Assembly (NCBI GenBank): GCA_945907065.1
Contig: CAMDSC010000002.1
Location: forward strand, 28,345 to 92,344
DNA from: Chitinophaga pinensis
GTDB taxonomy: Bacteria > Bacteroidota > Bacteroidia > NS11-12g > UBA9320
Reading direction: 5' to 3'
DNA length: 64,000 bases
The first letter of the stretch is position 1. Each line of letters starts with the position of its first letter. The position numbers were made by a program, and so were the translations under genes. Shown here piece by piece: positions 40,101-48,583 of the stretch. The notes beneath the pieces are model-generated. The model worked only from the letters and a program-made list of their open reading frames with translations. It made no database searches and was not told the DNA's origin.

Positions 40101-41247
40101 TAATGGTTGTATCCTTTTTAGGTCCTTCAAAAAAATCAACACCAACTGAAGGTGGATTTAAACCATAACCTAATATACCTTCATCGTTATCATCACCGTT
40201 ATAGGCAAATCCTAAACTTCTTCCAACATCGCATCCTACATAGTCATCTTTATAATTTCCTAAGTCAGCATCTACCCACTCTCCAAAATAAGTATCATAA
40301 AGTGTACTTGCTCCACGATTTACAATTCGAGTGGTATAAAATGTCATATTATTTATTTCATCATTTGATGCATATGCAAATGCAGTAGTATGTAATTCCA
40401 ATCCAATAGGCAATGCTCCTGATTCAGCATGATTATTTCCCTTATCGTTATAAACAAAATAGAGCATTTCTGTAGGTTGCCCATCTATTAAATTTTTCAC
40501 TTCATCTTCCTTCGTTGATGGAAAATCTGTAACTTTTTTACCTCTGCACTCATTTTGTAATACAGGAAAATCTCCACTAATAGGATCATACGTTCCATTT
40601 TTATTAGCATCATAGTAAGGTGCCATTGGTGGCATTGTAATACTAGAATTACCTGGCCAACCTGCAATATTCTCAGATAAGGTTGGGACCCCGCTTAAAA
40701 TATTACTACGATGTTCTAAAATTTCAGATTTTAATACTTTATAAATATTATCCCATTTCTTACAAGTCACTTCATCGGTGTTGGATTGATTGTCAAGTGG
40801 TCCTGGCCAAAAGTCGGAACCTCCTTGTCTGTAGGTCATAGCAGCAAGTTTTAACGCACCAGATCCTCCTTTACCATCATAACCTCCCACCCATATAGCT
40901 CCTGAAAACAAAGAATGTTTTCTCACGGTGTTTACATTGGTAGCAATTTTGGGTATCTCATATTTTGGATTGGAGAGATCCCACCACATATCACCACCGT
41001 TCAAAATCTTTGTTCGCACATTGTTCACATCCAAGTCGGCACTAGCAGTAGAAGGATCGCAGGATGCTGCAAATTTCATTAGCTTATGGGGCGGAACTAC
41101 AGGCTTTACAAGTTTTTCTCCGATGTTTTCTTTTGCAATAAGGTTAGTTGCCATTCCTAAAGCAAATAATGAAAACAGTATAAATTTAATTGTTTTATTC
41201 ATTCTATTATTTTTAAAATTATGGTATTCGAAATATTTAGGTTTCAT
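37198..41247 (-). CDS. Large secreted protein of unknown function with T9SS/FlgD-like CTD
   Basis: Signal peptide from M16 (41202); N-domain LDVNNVR...GDMWWD...YRQ...DFWPGP; DANKNGTYD Ca-loop-like motif; CTD VVPNPY...IYTIDG.LVR...WD.KN...ASGVY. Confidence 0.8.
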   Translation of the reverse strand: MKPKYFEYHNFKNNRMNKTIKFILFSLFALGMATNLIAKENIGEKLVKPVVPPHKLMKFAASCDPSTASADLDVNNVRTKILNGGDMWWDLSNPKYEIPKIATNVNTVRKHSLFSGAIWVGGYDGKGGSGALKLAAMTYRQGGSDFWPGPLDNQSNTDEVTCKKWDNIYKVLKSEILEHRSNILSGVPTLSENIAGWPGNSSITMPPMAPYYDANKNGTYDPISGDFPVLQNECRGKKVTDFPSTKEDEVKNLIDGQPTEMLYFVYNDKGNNHAESGALPIGLELHTTAFAYASNDEINNMTFYTTRIVNRGASTLYDTYFGEWVDADLGNYKDDYVGCDVGRSLGFAYNGDDNDEGILGYGLNPPSVGVDFFEGPKKDTTINGRDTTFELGMSKFVYYDNDFTDFGNPQRPIHYYYYLTGRWKNGKCMTNDGKSGRTGTNCTNYLFPFDTDPKVTGNWNERSAGNPAADRRFMQTSGPFTLKSGAFNKLTVGIVWARASTGGAEGSLALLKLASDKAQTLFNNCFVPLLGPEAVITTVQELDNELILMLGNTKNVEGFSKTVLDANQKPQVYKFEGYRIFQCKDGSAGPGDLEDAEKVREIFICDLKNNVIRLVNKPCDVTLGQALPKLMIDAPNKGLVHSLSIKEDAFATGSNKSLVNFKTYYYMIFPYSAAPLSTEDQYLLGQLPEKGAILVASPRNTEPRLGGAKLNTSYGGGPRIKRIEGSGNGGNIIDLTPETEFEIVSAPPYKVLNPVYEVGKGPVKISIVDPLKVPKGDFELVLIELKDSINLSGTASAIRKREAGVKGHVTRWILIKKNEGGIPDTIFSDEKINIHNEQIITKGNKWQFASKRTDTAWYKEPAKLADWGMAVSIDQVLDPGNPDIDETNGSLGCEVIFADKGKEWLSGMRDIDGVPFWNWLHSGTNGKADQFKDPTENDYAINGNAIDPFESYEKLWEGRVGPYRLASRFTSNAGAKFGATQIQGVAFDGTPTNSQWGLNQLSSIEFVITPDQKKWTRSCVLEMSDDNILSEGANKKFNLRAHASLNIDGTEIPGETGRSWFPGYAINVETGERLNIVFGEDSRQYSNNGRDMKWNPTSDAGFYANGGTGIIANGGRHYIYLMGSYQGIVPSQQPLLPIYDQGQAYYDILKAADNLMTETARTTIINKVMYQCMYVIPTYMATGYKMKEVNGMPVPETEVRFKIRVKKPYRFYNTIANTLNFDNPRYEFNTNEVFTEVAPKHGIKALDMINVVPNPYYAYSDYENTSIENTVKFTNLPMRCDISIYTIDGTLVRRIKKDDQSTDVLWDMKNDAKVPIASGVYLIHVNAPGLGEKVIKWMGVMRELDLDSF

Positions 41248-41249
41248 AT
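41200..41249 (-). promoter_or_regulatory. Shared 5' motif, copy A (cargo gene)
   Basis: ATATGAAACCTAAATATTTCGAATACCATAATTTTAAAAATAATAGAATG. Confidence 0.55.
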
Positions 41250-41268
41250 GTTTCTAATCAGTTTGTTA

Positions 41269-44200
41269 TTAAAGCGTGAATCTTACTCCTAAACGCATCA
41301 ATCTTGGTGCAGCATAGTTAAATGGATTATTTACACTGATATTATATAAATCAATAAATGATTGCTGACTTACTTCTTGTGAAATTTTTTGCTGACCTTC
41401 AGGTGAGCTTAAATATCCATCATCGTTAGGCAAACCAGAGAAAGCATAAACACCATTAATAATTTTACTATTGAAAAGATTTTGAACGGTAAAAAACACA
41501 GTCATTCCTGTTACATTAATTCTATCTTCCTTAATTTGTTTCTTCTTAAATTCATGATAGTGTTGGAAATTCACATCAGCCTTTAACTGCCAAGGCATTC
41601 TTGAACCATAAGGATTTCCCTTTATTTGACTACGAGTTACCGTTCCTAAGGCTGATAGGGCGGTGGCGGTAGGGCTTAAATTGGCTGTATATGGTGCACC
41701 TGAACGAGCTACAACAATAAAGCTTGCATCTGAATTTGCAAATATCCTTTTGCCAAACCATACTGGCCCATTATATTCTTTACCGCCTTGATATCCATAA
41801 CTAAATGTGGTATTAAAATTATGACGGAAATCAACATCTAAAGGGTAAAGTGAACGAAGATTGGGTTGATTGGCTTGCAATAATGCGCCTTGTGAATTTA
41901 TATTAGAACCTGTTCCATCAGCAAATAATAAAGTGTAGTTTGCTGACATTTGGAAATTTTTTAAACCTCTATACTGATATTCAGCTCTGAATGCTTTGTT
42001 GGTTGAAAAATCAATGTTGGCATAGCTTGTATAAGATACAGGATATGCTTGACTATAGCGATATTGTCCAAAATCATTTCGTATTTCTGAATAAGACATT
42101 ATTAAACTAATAGAGGAAACGTCATTCAATTTCTGTTTGTAACCCAACTCATACATAGTTTTAATACGTGGCTTTAAAGCTGCATTTGGCAAAAATCTGC
42201 TTTGGTCAGATTCAAGGAAATAATAAGAACTAATTGGTGTAAATGTAGCACCATCAGTAGGCCGCTGGGTTAATACATCATAATTAGCAAAGAAAAGTGC
42301 TTCCTTATTAATTGGAAACGAAAACCAAACACGTGGCAAGATATTGACTTGTGGTTGATAATCTTTAAAAGCTTCTTTTACAATATTCTTATTATTTGCA
42401 TCAACAAGGTAAGGTTGTATAATATTTTTTGAAGTTTGTTGTGCAAGTATTTCAGGATTTGCAACTTCTACACCTTGGGCATCATACCAAGTATTATCTT
42501 TTCTATAACCTAATATAATTGGATTATTCTGATTAGTTACATATACTGAGTAATCATCTTTAATATTATCTGGAATAGGGTTGTTTTTATTTATTTGCTC
42601 AATATTATCTAGTTCTCCAACTGTTTTAATTGGATAAAGTGAATATGGATCTTTTAAAGTTGATTGATTTGCATCATATCTTTCTACCCTTACCCCAACT
42701 CTAAAAATCATATCTTTTATTGCAAATTTATCTTGCAACCAAGCTGCACTGTATATTGGCGCAAATGAACCAATACTGCGATTTTGTTTATCATTAAGGA
42801 AGTCATTTATACTGAATTTTTTGCGGGTTCTATTTCCTAAATAATCGTATCCTGAATAACTCACATATTGATTATTTTTATTATTTAAATCATCAGCACT
42901 AAACATATTAAGATTTAAATCTTGTGGTGATAAAGAATTTACATCTATAAATGATGTCTCTGTAATTTTATTTCCATATGCATCTACTGCTCCTTTTGCT
43001 ATTAATTTAGCTCTTAAATTTTTATCAAATGTTGATTGTTGGTCGGCATCTACTCTTACCTTATATTTTACTGTATCCAAAAATCTTCCATCCTTATCAT
43101 ACGATTGAATACTATTTAAAATGTAATCCCCTTGTTTCAGTTGATCTAAACTGACAATATGCCTATTGGCTATTTGTGGCATTAATATCCAAAGACTATT
43201 GGCGCTTAAACCATAAGAACTTAATATATTTTGTTCATAGGTCATACCGAACTGGATATCGTGCTTATTTTCTTTATTCTTACCTGTATTAATTGAAGCC
43301 TCACCAACAGCATATGCTGAAATTCTTTCTTGTTGGCTTTTACTATAACCAGCCAATAAACTACCCGGATTAGCCCATAATGAATAAGTGGTTGGTAAAG
43401 AATATCCATTTAGCAAACCATTAAATGTAGCAATTGCTCCATCGCTTGGTGCACCATTTAATCCATATGTATTCTTAAAATAATCAAAGGCATTTTCTGT
43501 ATATCTGCTTCTCAATACATTTTTATCACTGGCCTGATAAGTAATCATTGTATCTCTAAATCCCGTAAGTTCTAAATACCCCTGACGAACTACCGTATCC
43601 ATTTTACCATTATTATCAACAATAAATTTCTGTGCTCCTTCTTTATATTCGTATACAGGAGCTCTAAAATGTGTGAATTTACCAATATATCCATAATCAA
43701 AAACATTATCTTGATGCATACTATGCTGGCTTTTACCAATACTAGTTTGATAATCGGCACGAATGGAATAAAATGCATCTGAAACTAAAGGCTTCTTAGC
43801 ATCTTTTTCTTTCTTATCACCACTTTGATACCCTATTTTTTGAGTATATCTTAAATATCCACGGTAAGTTTGATTGCTGTTTGTAGAGTATTCATCATAA
43901 TTTAATAATGATGAAGTATAGCTATAGCCTTTTGATTGCTGAACAGCCCCGGTAGCAAAAAGTGTTAAAACAGATGTTTTAGAAGGGGTATATTCAAATT
44001 TTGCGTTTAAAACTCCTGCATACAATGGAACATTTTGACGGGCTTTATTAAGTACCAAATCGTTTTGAGTTAAAAAAGATGAAGTGGTAATAAAACCTCC
44101 TCCATTTGGATTAGCAGTTAAAGGATTTTCTTTAATATTATTAAGAACATCCTCTTTCACAGTCCATGAACCAAGAACAGTTGGACTTGCATCTTTTTGG

Positions 44201-45054
44201 TATTCTAAATGGCCTGAAATATTATAACCAAAAAGCACTCTTTCTTTATCTCCACCGCCTTTATTAATAATTTTTAAAGGACCTGAATAAGCTAATTCTA
44301 AAGTATTGTAATGCCACTTGTCAAAAAGACTGGAAGTAACATATTCATAATATTGAGACCTTCTTCTGCTAGGGCCTTTAGTTGTAATATTTATTGCTCC
44401 TCCTGTAAGGTCACCAAACATGGCAGGTACACCACTTTGTATAAGGTCAATTTGTTCCTGACCAATTGTTGGCATTGCTGAACTACCTATAACCGCTACA
44501 CCGTCTACAAATAAACGGGTTCCATCTGTTCTGTTACCCAAAAATGAAATCCCACCACCCGAAGAGTTTACACCCGAAGAAGTATTAGCAATAGCACCTA
44601 AACCTCTTTGTGGTAATTTTAAAAGATCTTTTGATGTAAGGGTATTCTTATTGGCATCTTCTTCCACCAATTTTTTTCTATATCGGATAACATCTACTGT
44701 GCCTAAATCTTTACCATCTTCACTAGCTACCGATAATTCAATATTCCAAAAGGTTATTTTGCTACTATTTACAGTTATTCCCTCAGCCATATATTTGGTA
44801 TAGCCAACATAACTTACCTCAATATCATATTCACCCGGATCAATTCCTTTAATAAAATAATTTCCATTATCATCGCTTGAGGTTGAAGCTTTTACTATTC
44901 CTTCTTTTTTTACCACCACAGTGGCATAGTCAAGAGCTGAACGGGTTTTTTTGTCTGTAACTTTTCCTCTTATCTCACCGTAATTAGATTGAGAGTAGCC
45001 CAAACCTGACAAGAGAATTAGTACTAGAATGCTTAAGTAGTGTTTTAAACTCAT
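41269..45054 (-). CDS. TonB-dependent receptor-like protein with N-terminal carboxypeptidase-regulatory-like domain
   Basis: Signal peptide; GEIRGKVTD...GNYFI..IDPGEYDIEVSYVGY; plug FVDGV...GVPAMFGD.TGGAINITTK; barrel RVERYD, PRVWFSFP, YELGY; C-terminus RLGVRFTL. Confidence 0.85.
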   Translation of the reverse strand: MSLKHYLSILVLILLSGLGYSQSNYGEIRGKVTDKKTRSALDYATVVVKKEGIVKASTSSDDNGNYFIKGIDPGEYDIEVSYVGYTKYMAEGITVNSSKITFWNIELSVASEDGKDLGTVDVIRYRKKLVEEDANKNTLTSKDLLKLPQRGLGAIANTSSGVNSSGGGISFLGNRTDGTRLFVDGVAVIGSSAMPTIGQEQIDLIQSGVPAMFGDLTGGAINITTKGPSRRRSQYYEYVTSSLFDKWHYNTLELAYSGPLKIINKGGGDKERVLFGYNISGHLEYQKDASPTVLGSWTVKEDVLNNIKENPLTANPNGGGFITTSSFLTQNDLVLNKARQNVPLYAGVLNAKFEYTPSKTSVLTLFATGAVQQSKGYSYTSSLLNYDEYSTNSNQTYRGYLRYTQKIGYQSGDKKEKDAKKPLVSDAFYSIRADYQTSIGKSQHSMHQDNVFDYGYIGKFTHFRAPVYEYKEGAQKFIVDNNGKMDTVVRQGYLELTGFRDTMITYQASDKNVLRSRYTENAFDYFKNTYGLNGAPSDGAIATFNGLLNGYSLPTTYSLWANPGSLLAGYSKSQQERISAYAVGEASINTGKNKENKHDIQFGMTYEQNILSSYGLSANSLWILMPQIANRHIVSLDQLKQGDYILNSIQSYDKDGRFLDTVKYKVRVDADQQSTFDKNLRAKLIAKGAVDAYGNKITETSFIDVNSLSPQDLNLNMFSADDLNNKNNQYVSYSGYDYLGNRTRKKFSINDFLNDKQNRSIGSFAPIYSAAWLQDKFAIKDMIFRVGVRVERYDANQSTLKDPYSLYPIKTVGELDNIEQINKNNPIPDNIKDDYSVYVTNQNNPIILGYRKDNTWYDAQGVEVANPEILAQQTSKNIIQPYLVDANNKNIVKEAFKDYQPQVNILPRVWFSFPINKEALFFANYDVLTQRPTDGATFTPISSYYFLESDQSRFLPNAALKPRIKTMYELGYKQKLNDVSSISLIMSYSEIRNDFGQYRYSQAYPVSYTSYANIDFSTNKAFRAEYQYRGLKNFQMSANYTLLFADGTGSNINSQGALLQANQPNLRSLYPLDVDFRHNFNTTFSYGYQGGKEYNGPVWFGKRIFANSDASFIVVARSGAPYTANLSPTATALSALGTVTRSQIKGNPYGSRMPWQLKADVNFQHYHEFKKKQIKEDRINVTGMTVFFTVQNLFNSKIINGVYAFSGLPNDDGYLSSPEGQQKISQEVSQQSFIDLYNISVNNPFNYAAPRLMRLGVRFTL

Positions 45055-45140
45055 AATTTTTTTATCTTTTATCTATTATTTAACAAGGGTTTAACGATTT
45101 TTTTACCAAACTTCAATAATTGCTTTTTTAAACTAAATAA

Positions 45141-46133
45141 TCAAGGGAATTTTTGCTCTTCTTTAAATCCTTTTTCAAGGTGGGACGAAAGGTTGTAAAA
45201 TTCTTTAATTTTAGTGGCCAAACTTTCCGAAATCTTTTGATAAGATTGGCGTGTCCAGCCACCGATGTGTGGTGTTAATACTACATTTGATAATGACCTT
45301 AATTTTTCAAATTCGGCCGTTTCTAAATTATTAAGTTGGTTAATTCGTTCGTTTTCGAGCACATCGGCTGCAAAGCCAATGATTTTTTTTGTTTCCAAAG
45401 CTTCCAGCACATCTGCTGTTTTTACTATCATTCCACGTGAGTGATTTAATAAACGGAACGGCTTTGAAAAATTATTAATAAAATTTTTATCTACTAAATA
45501 TTTTGTTTCCGATGTTAAAGGTATATGAAGTGAAACTATATCTGCATTCTGAAAAATTTCATTCATATCGGTTTCTTTTATCTGTGCATTTCCAAAACCT
45601 GATTTATATTTATCATAAGCCAAAATTTGAACTCCAAAACCGCCTAATACTTTTGCAAACCGGCTTCCGGTATTTCCATATCCAATTATCCCAACGGTTT
45701 TCCCTTCCAATTGATCGCCACAGTTTCCTTCTCTATCCCATTTTTGGCTCCTTACTTCTTTGTCAGATTTTGTAATATTAGCCAGCAGGCTTAATAACAT
45801 TCCCAAGGTATGCTCGGCCACAGCCTGACTGTTAGCTTCGGCTGTATTTATATAAGCTATTTCTTTTTTATCCAACCATTCGGTATCTAAATTATCAACT
45901 CCTGAACCTGCTCGGGCCACAAGTTGTAAGTCATTAGCAAATTGGCAAAGTTCACTATTTACAAAAACTTTACTTCTTACAATAAGGATTTGTTTATTGG
46001 TTAAAGCCAAAGGAACATCGGCCGGATTAATAGCTGGCAAATAAGTAATATCAAATTTTTGCAACCCGCTCTGCTCAAAAAAGCAAGGATGCAAATCATC
46101 AATTACTAAAATATTTATTTTATCACTTGCCAT
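45141..46133 (-). CDS. D-isomer-specific 2-hydroxyacid dehydrogenase (SerA-like, no ACT domain)
   Basis: ARAGSGVDN, AVAEH, GIIGYGNTG, SLHIPL, DVLENE, TPHIGG. Confidence 0.88.
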   Translation of the reverse strand: MASDKINILVIDDLHPCFFEQSGLQKFDITYLPAINPADVPLALTNKQILIVRSKVFVNSELCQFANDLQLVARAGSGVDNLDTEWLDKKEIAYINTAEANSQAVAEHTLGMLLSLLANITKSDKEVRSQKWDREGNCGDQLEGKTVGIIGYGNTGSRFAKVLGGFGVQILAYDKYKSGFGNAQIKETDMNEIFQNADIVSLHIPLTSETKYLVDKNFINNFSKPFRLLNHSRGMIVKTADVLEALETKKIIGFAADVLENERINQLNNLETAEFEKLRSLSNVVLTPHIGGWTRQSYQKISESLATKIKEFYNLSSHLEKGFKEEQKFP

Positions 46134-46267
46134 AACTTCGTTCTAAAATCCAATTCGAAAATAATACTCCTTCGATAAACTTCGTTATTTAATTGACTAA
46201 AGGTATTGATGCGGTTTATTAACGGGATTAGTGCAAGCATCAAAAACCACCTTTACCTTACCAATAC

Positions 46268-47095
46268 TCACTTTATCTCAATATGGTTTGATTCTACTTT
46301 ATTTCCAAAAAACAATCCTGCCATTGTATTAAAAGTTTGTGTATCATCTGTGGTATAAAAAGTTCTTGTTGAATTGGTTTCACAGGCTTCCTTTATTTCA
46401 GGATGCCTTGATAAATAATCTTTTAAGCTATCTGCAACAATTGCATCTTGCGATATAATTTTAATATTGGATGGTAAAAACTGTTTTATCTTTTTTAACA
46501 GCATTGGATAATGAGTGCAACCCAAAACTAAGGTATCTATTTCTGATGATTGCTTAAATAACTCATCCAAATATTTTTTAATAAAATAATCAGCTCCTTC
46601 ATTATTAAATTGATTGTTTTCTACCAATGGTACCCACATTGGGCAAGCTTGTTGAAACACCTTAATCTGTGGAAAAAACTTTAAAATTTCAATTGGATAG
46701 GAATCCGAAGCTACTGTGCCTGAAGTTCCAAGAACTCCCACATGCCCTGTTGTTGTATAATTTCCTACAATTTCTGTGGTTGGCCGTATTACGCCTAACA
46801 CCCTTTTATCAGGTGCTACTATAGGCAAATGATTTTGCTGGATAGAACGCAACGCCTTTGCAGATGCAGTATTACAGGCTAATACAACAAGGTTGCATCC
46901 CATATCAAACAATTCCTGAACGCATTGTTGTGTATAATGTGTTACCGTTTCAAAGGAACGATTGCCATAAGGCGAACGAGCATTATCTCCTAAATATATG
47001 TAATCATATTGGGGCAGTTTATTTACCAATTCCTTTAGAATAGTAAGGCCGCCATAGCCCGAATCAAAAACTCCGATTGGGCCAGGCGTTAATAT
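46268..47095 (-). CDS. murI: Glutamate racemase (start uncertain, non-canonical)
   Basis: Frame extends upstream of the ORF-track TTG through PIGVFDSGYGGLT; ACNTAS and LGCTHYP catalytic Cys motifs; no ATG/GTG/TTG between that motif and the in-frame TAA at 47201-47203. Confidence 0.92.
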   Translation of the reverse strand: MLTPGPIGVFDSGYGGLTILKELVNKLPQYDYIYLGDNARSPYGNRSFETVTHYTQQCVQELFDMGCNLVVLACNTASAKALRSIQQNHLPIVAPDKRVLGVIRPTTEIVGNYTTTGHVGVLGTSGTVASDSYPIEILKFFPQIKVFQQACPMWVPLVENNQFNNEGADYFIKKYLDELFKQSSEIDTLVLGCTHYPMLLKKIKQFLPSNIKIISQDAIVADSLKDYLSRHPEIKEACETNSTRTFYTTDDTQTFNTMAGLFFGNKVESNHIEIK

Positions 47096-47179
47096 TTTAG
47101 ATTTTTGATTAATAATTTCAGCTTTAATTTGTGGCTTACGAAAATAGGTAAGGGATTTATTTTTCGAATATTCTTTTAT

Positions 47180-47216
47180 AAAAAAAACTCCGGTATTTAA
47201 TTACACCGGAGTTTTT
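47180..47216 (-). terminator. Intrinsic terminator after the Skp pair
   Basis: AAAAACTCCGGT-loop-ACCGGAGTTTTTTTT. Confidence 0.85.
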
Positions 47217-47239
47217 CAAAAATAAAATTTTATATAAAA

Positions 47240-47743
47240 TTAGTTTATCAATAATTTCTTTTTCACATCATTCATAAGATCATTTGCACTATTGGTTACC
47301 AATACGCCTAATCCTTCCGAACTATCTAAAACATAATCAAAGCCCTTGGCTTTAGCTACATCATTAATTGCAGTTTTAGCCTTTTTATAAATAGGCATAT
47401 AAAGTTCTTCTTTCTTCTTTTGCATATCCTGCTCAGCGGTTTGGCTAAACTGCTGGATATCGGCCTGCAAAGCTTCTAATTTACTTTTCTTAACCTCCAT
47501 TACTACAGGTGGAGAAATGGTATCAGCCACATACTCTTGATACTTAGTTTGAAGTTCGGTTTGCATGGTTTCCAATTGATTACGAAGTACTCCTTCATAA
47601 TCTTTTAGCTTTTTTTCAAAATCTTTCATCTCAGGCATTGCATTCATAAGTTCCGAAGAATTGATATGAGCAATTTTGCTTTGTGCACTAGCTCCAAAAC
47701 ATAAGGCAATGGCTGTAAATACTGTTAAAATTAATCGTTTCAT
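47240..47743 (-). CDS. skp: OmpH/Skp periplasmic chaperone
   Basis: Signal peptide, AQSKIAHINS.EL...MPE, coiled coil, AI..VAK.KGFDYVLD. Confidence 0.88.
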   Translation of the reverse strand: MKRLILTVFTAIALCFGASAQSKIAHINSSELMNAMPEMKDFEKKLKDYEGVLRNQLETMQTELQTKYQEYVADTISPPVVMEVKKSKLEALQADIQQFSQTAEQDMQKKKEELYMPIYKKAKTAINDVAKAKGFDYVLDSSEGLGVLVTNSANDLMNDVKKKLLIN

Positions 47744-47772
47744 TTATTTGTTATTTATATTTATTTGTTATT

Positions 47773-48429
47773 TTATCGTCTTGGTGGTAATCCGTCGGAA
47801 GATGGAGGTAAATCGGTTTTTTGCTTCTCTTTAACTTTTTCCTTTTCTTCCTTTGATGGCGCTACACCAAGTAAAGTAAGAATGTTGTCGCTTTTATCAT
47901 ATTTGGCATTGCTAAAAAGCATAGTCATATCACTTGATTTGTCAAAAATAAAATCCAAAGCATCCTCCTTCGCTATTTTTTGTATGGTTTCAAAAACCTT
48001 GTCTTGAATAGGCTTTACTAATTCCTGACGTTTTTTAAATAATTCACCTTCATATCCAAATTTATCTTGTTGAAATTTTTTGGCTTCTTTTTCCTTATTG
48101 ATTATTTCATCCTCACGCTGTTTTTGCTGATCTGGCGTCAAAAGAATCTTTTCAGCTTGATATTCTTTATACATTTTATCAATCCCTTCATATTTTTCAT
48201 CTACCTCCTTTTGCCATGTTTCAGCTATTTCATTCAGTTTCTTTTGAGCCGATTTATAATCGGGCAATAAGGATAAAATGTACTCTGTATCAACATATGC
48301 AAACTTTTGCGCATAATTAGCAAAGGGTATCATTACCATAAAGACTAATGTTAATACTAGCTTTTGAAATCCTGCTTTACCCATACTACTTTTCAATTTT
48401 GATTGGAATTCGTGAATTTTTAGTTTCAT
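47773..48429 (-). CDS. skp: OmpH/Skp periplasmic chaperone (Omp17-like paralog)
   Basis: AQKFAYVDTEYIL..LPDY, FGYEGELF.KRQEL.KPIQD, DFIFDKS; start ambiguous (48456, 48429 or 48384). Confidence 0.88.
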   Translation of the reverse strand: MKLKIHEFQSKLKSSMGKAGFQKLVLTLVFMVMIPFANYAQKFAYVDTEYILSLLPDYKSAQKKLNEIAETWQKEVDEKYEGIDKMYKEYQAEKILLTPDQQKQREDEIINKEKEAKKFQQDKFGYEGELFKKRQELVKPIQDKVFETIQKIAKEDALDFIFDKSSDMTMLFSNAKYDKSDNILTLLGVAPSKEEKEKVKEKQKTDLPPSSDGLPPRR

Positions 48430-48431
48430 TT
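48382..48431 (-). promoter_or_regulatory. Shared 5' motif, copy C (first skp)
   Basis: AAATGAAACTAAAAATTCACGAATTCCAATCAAAATTGAAAAGTAGTATG. Confidence 0.45.
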
Positions 48432-48583
48432 TTATTTCTAATTTATAGTTAAACATGCTTACAATTTGTCAGCCTAAAAAACATATAACGTAAAATAAGC
48501 GGCAAACATACATATTTTTCAGGGGCTTCAAAAAAAATATTACCTAAATTAAACAACTGCACTTTGACTTTAATTATGGACAG

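Noticed and set aside
47742-47773. 15-bp direct repeat ATTTATTTGTTATTT x2 between the skp genes
   Set aside because: Low-complexity A-rich translation-initiation region; simple slippage duplication is sufficient
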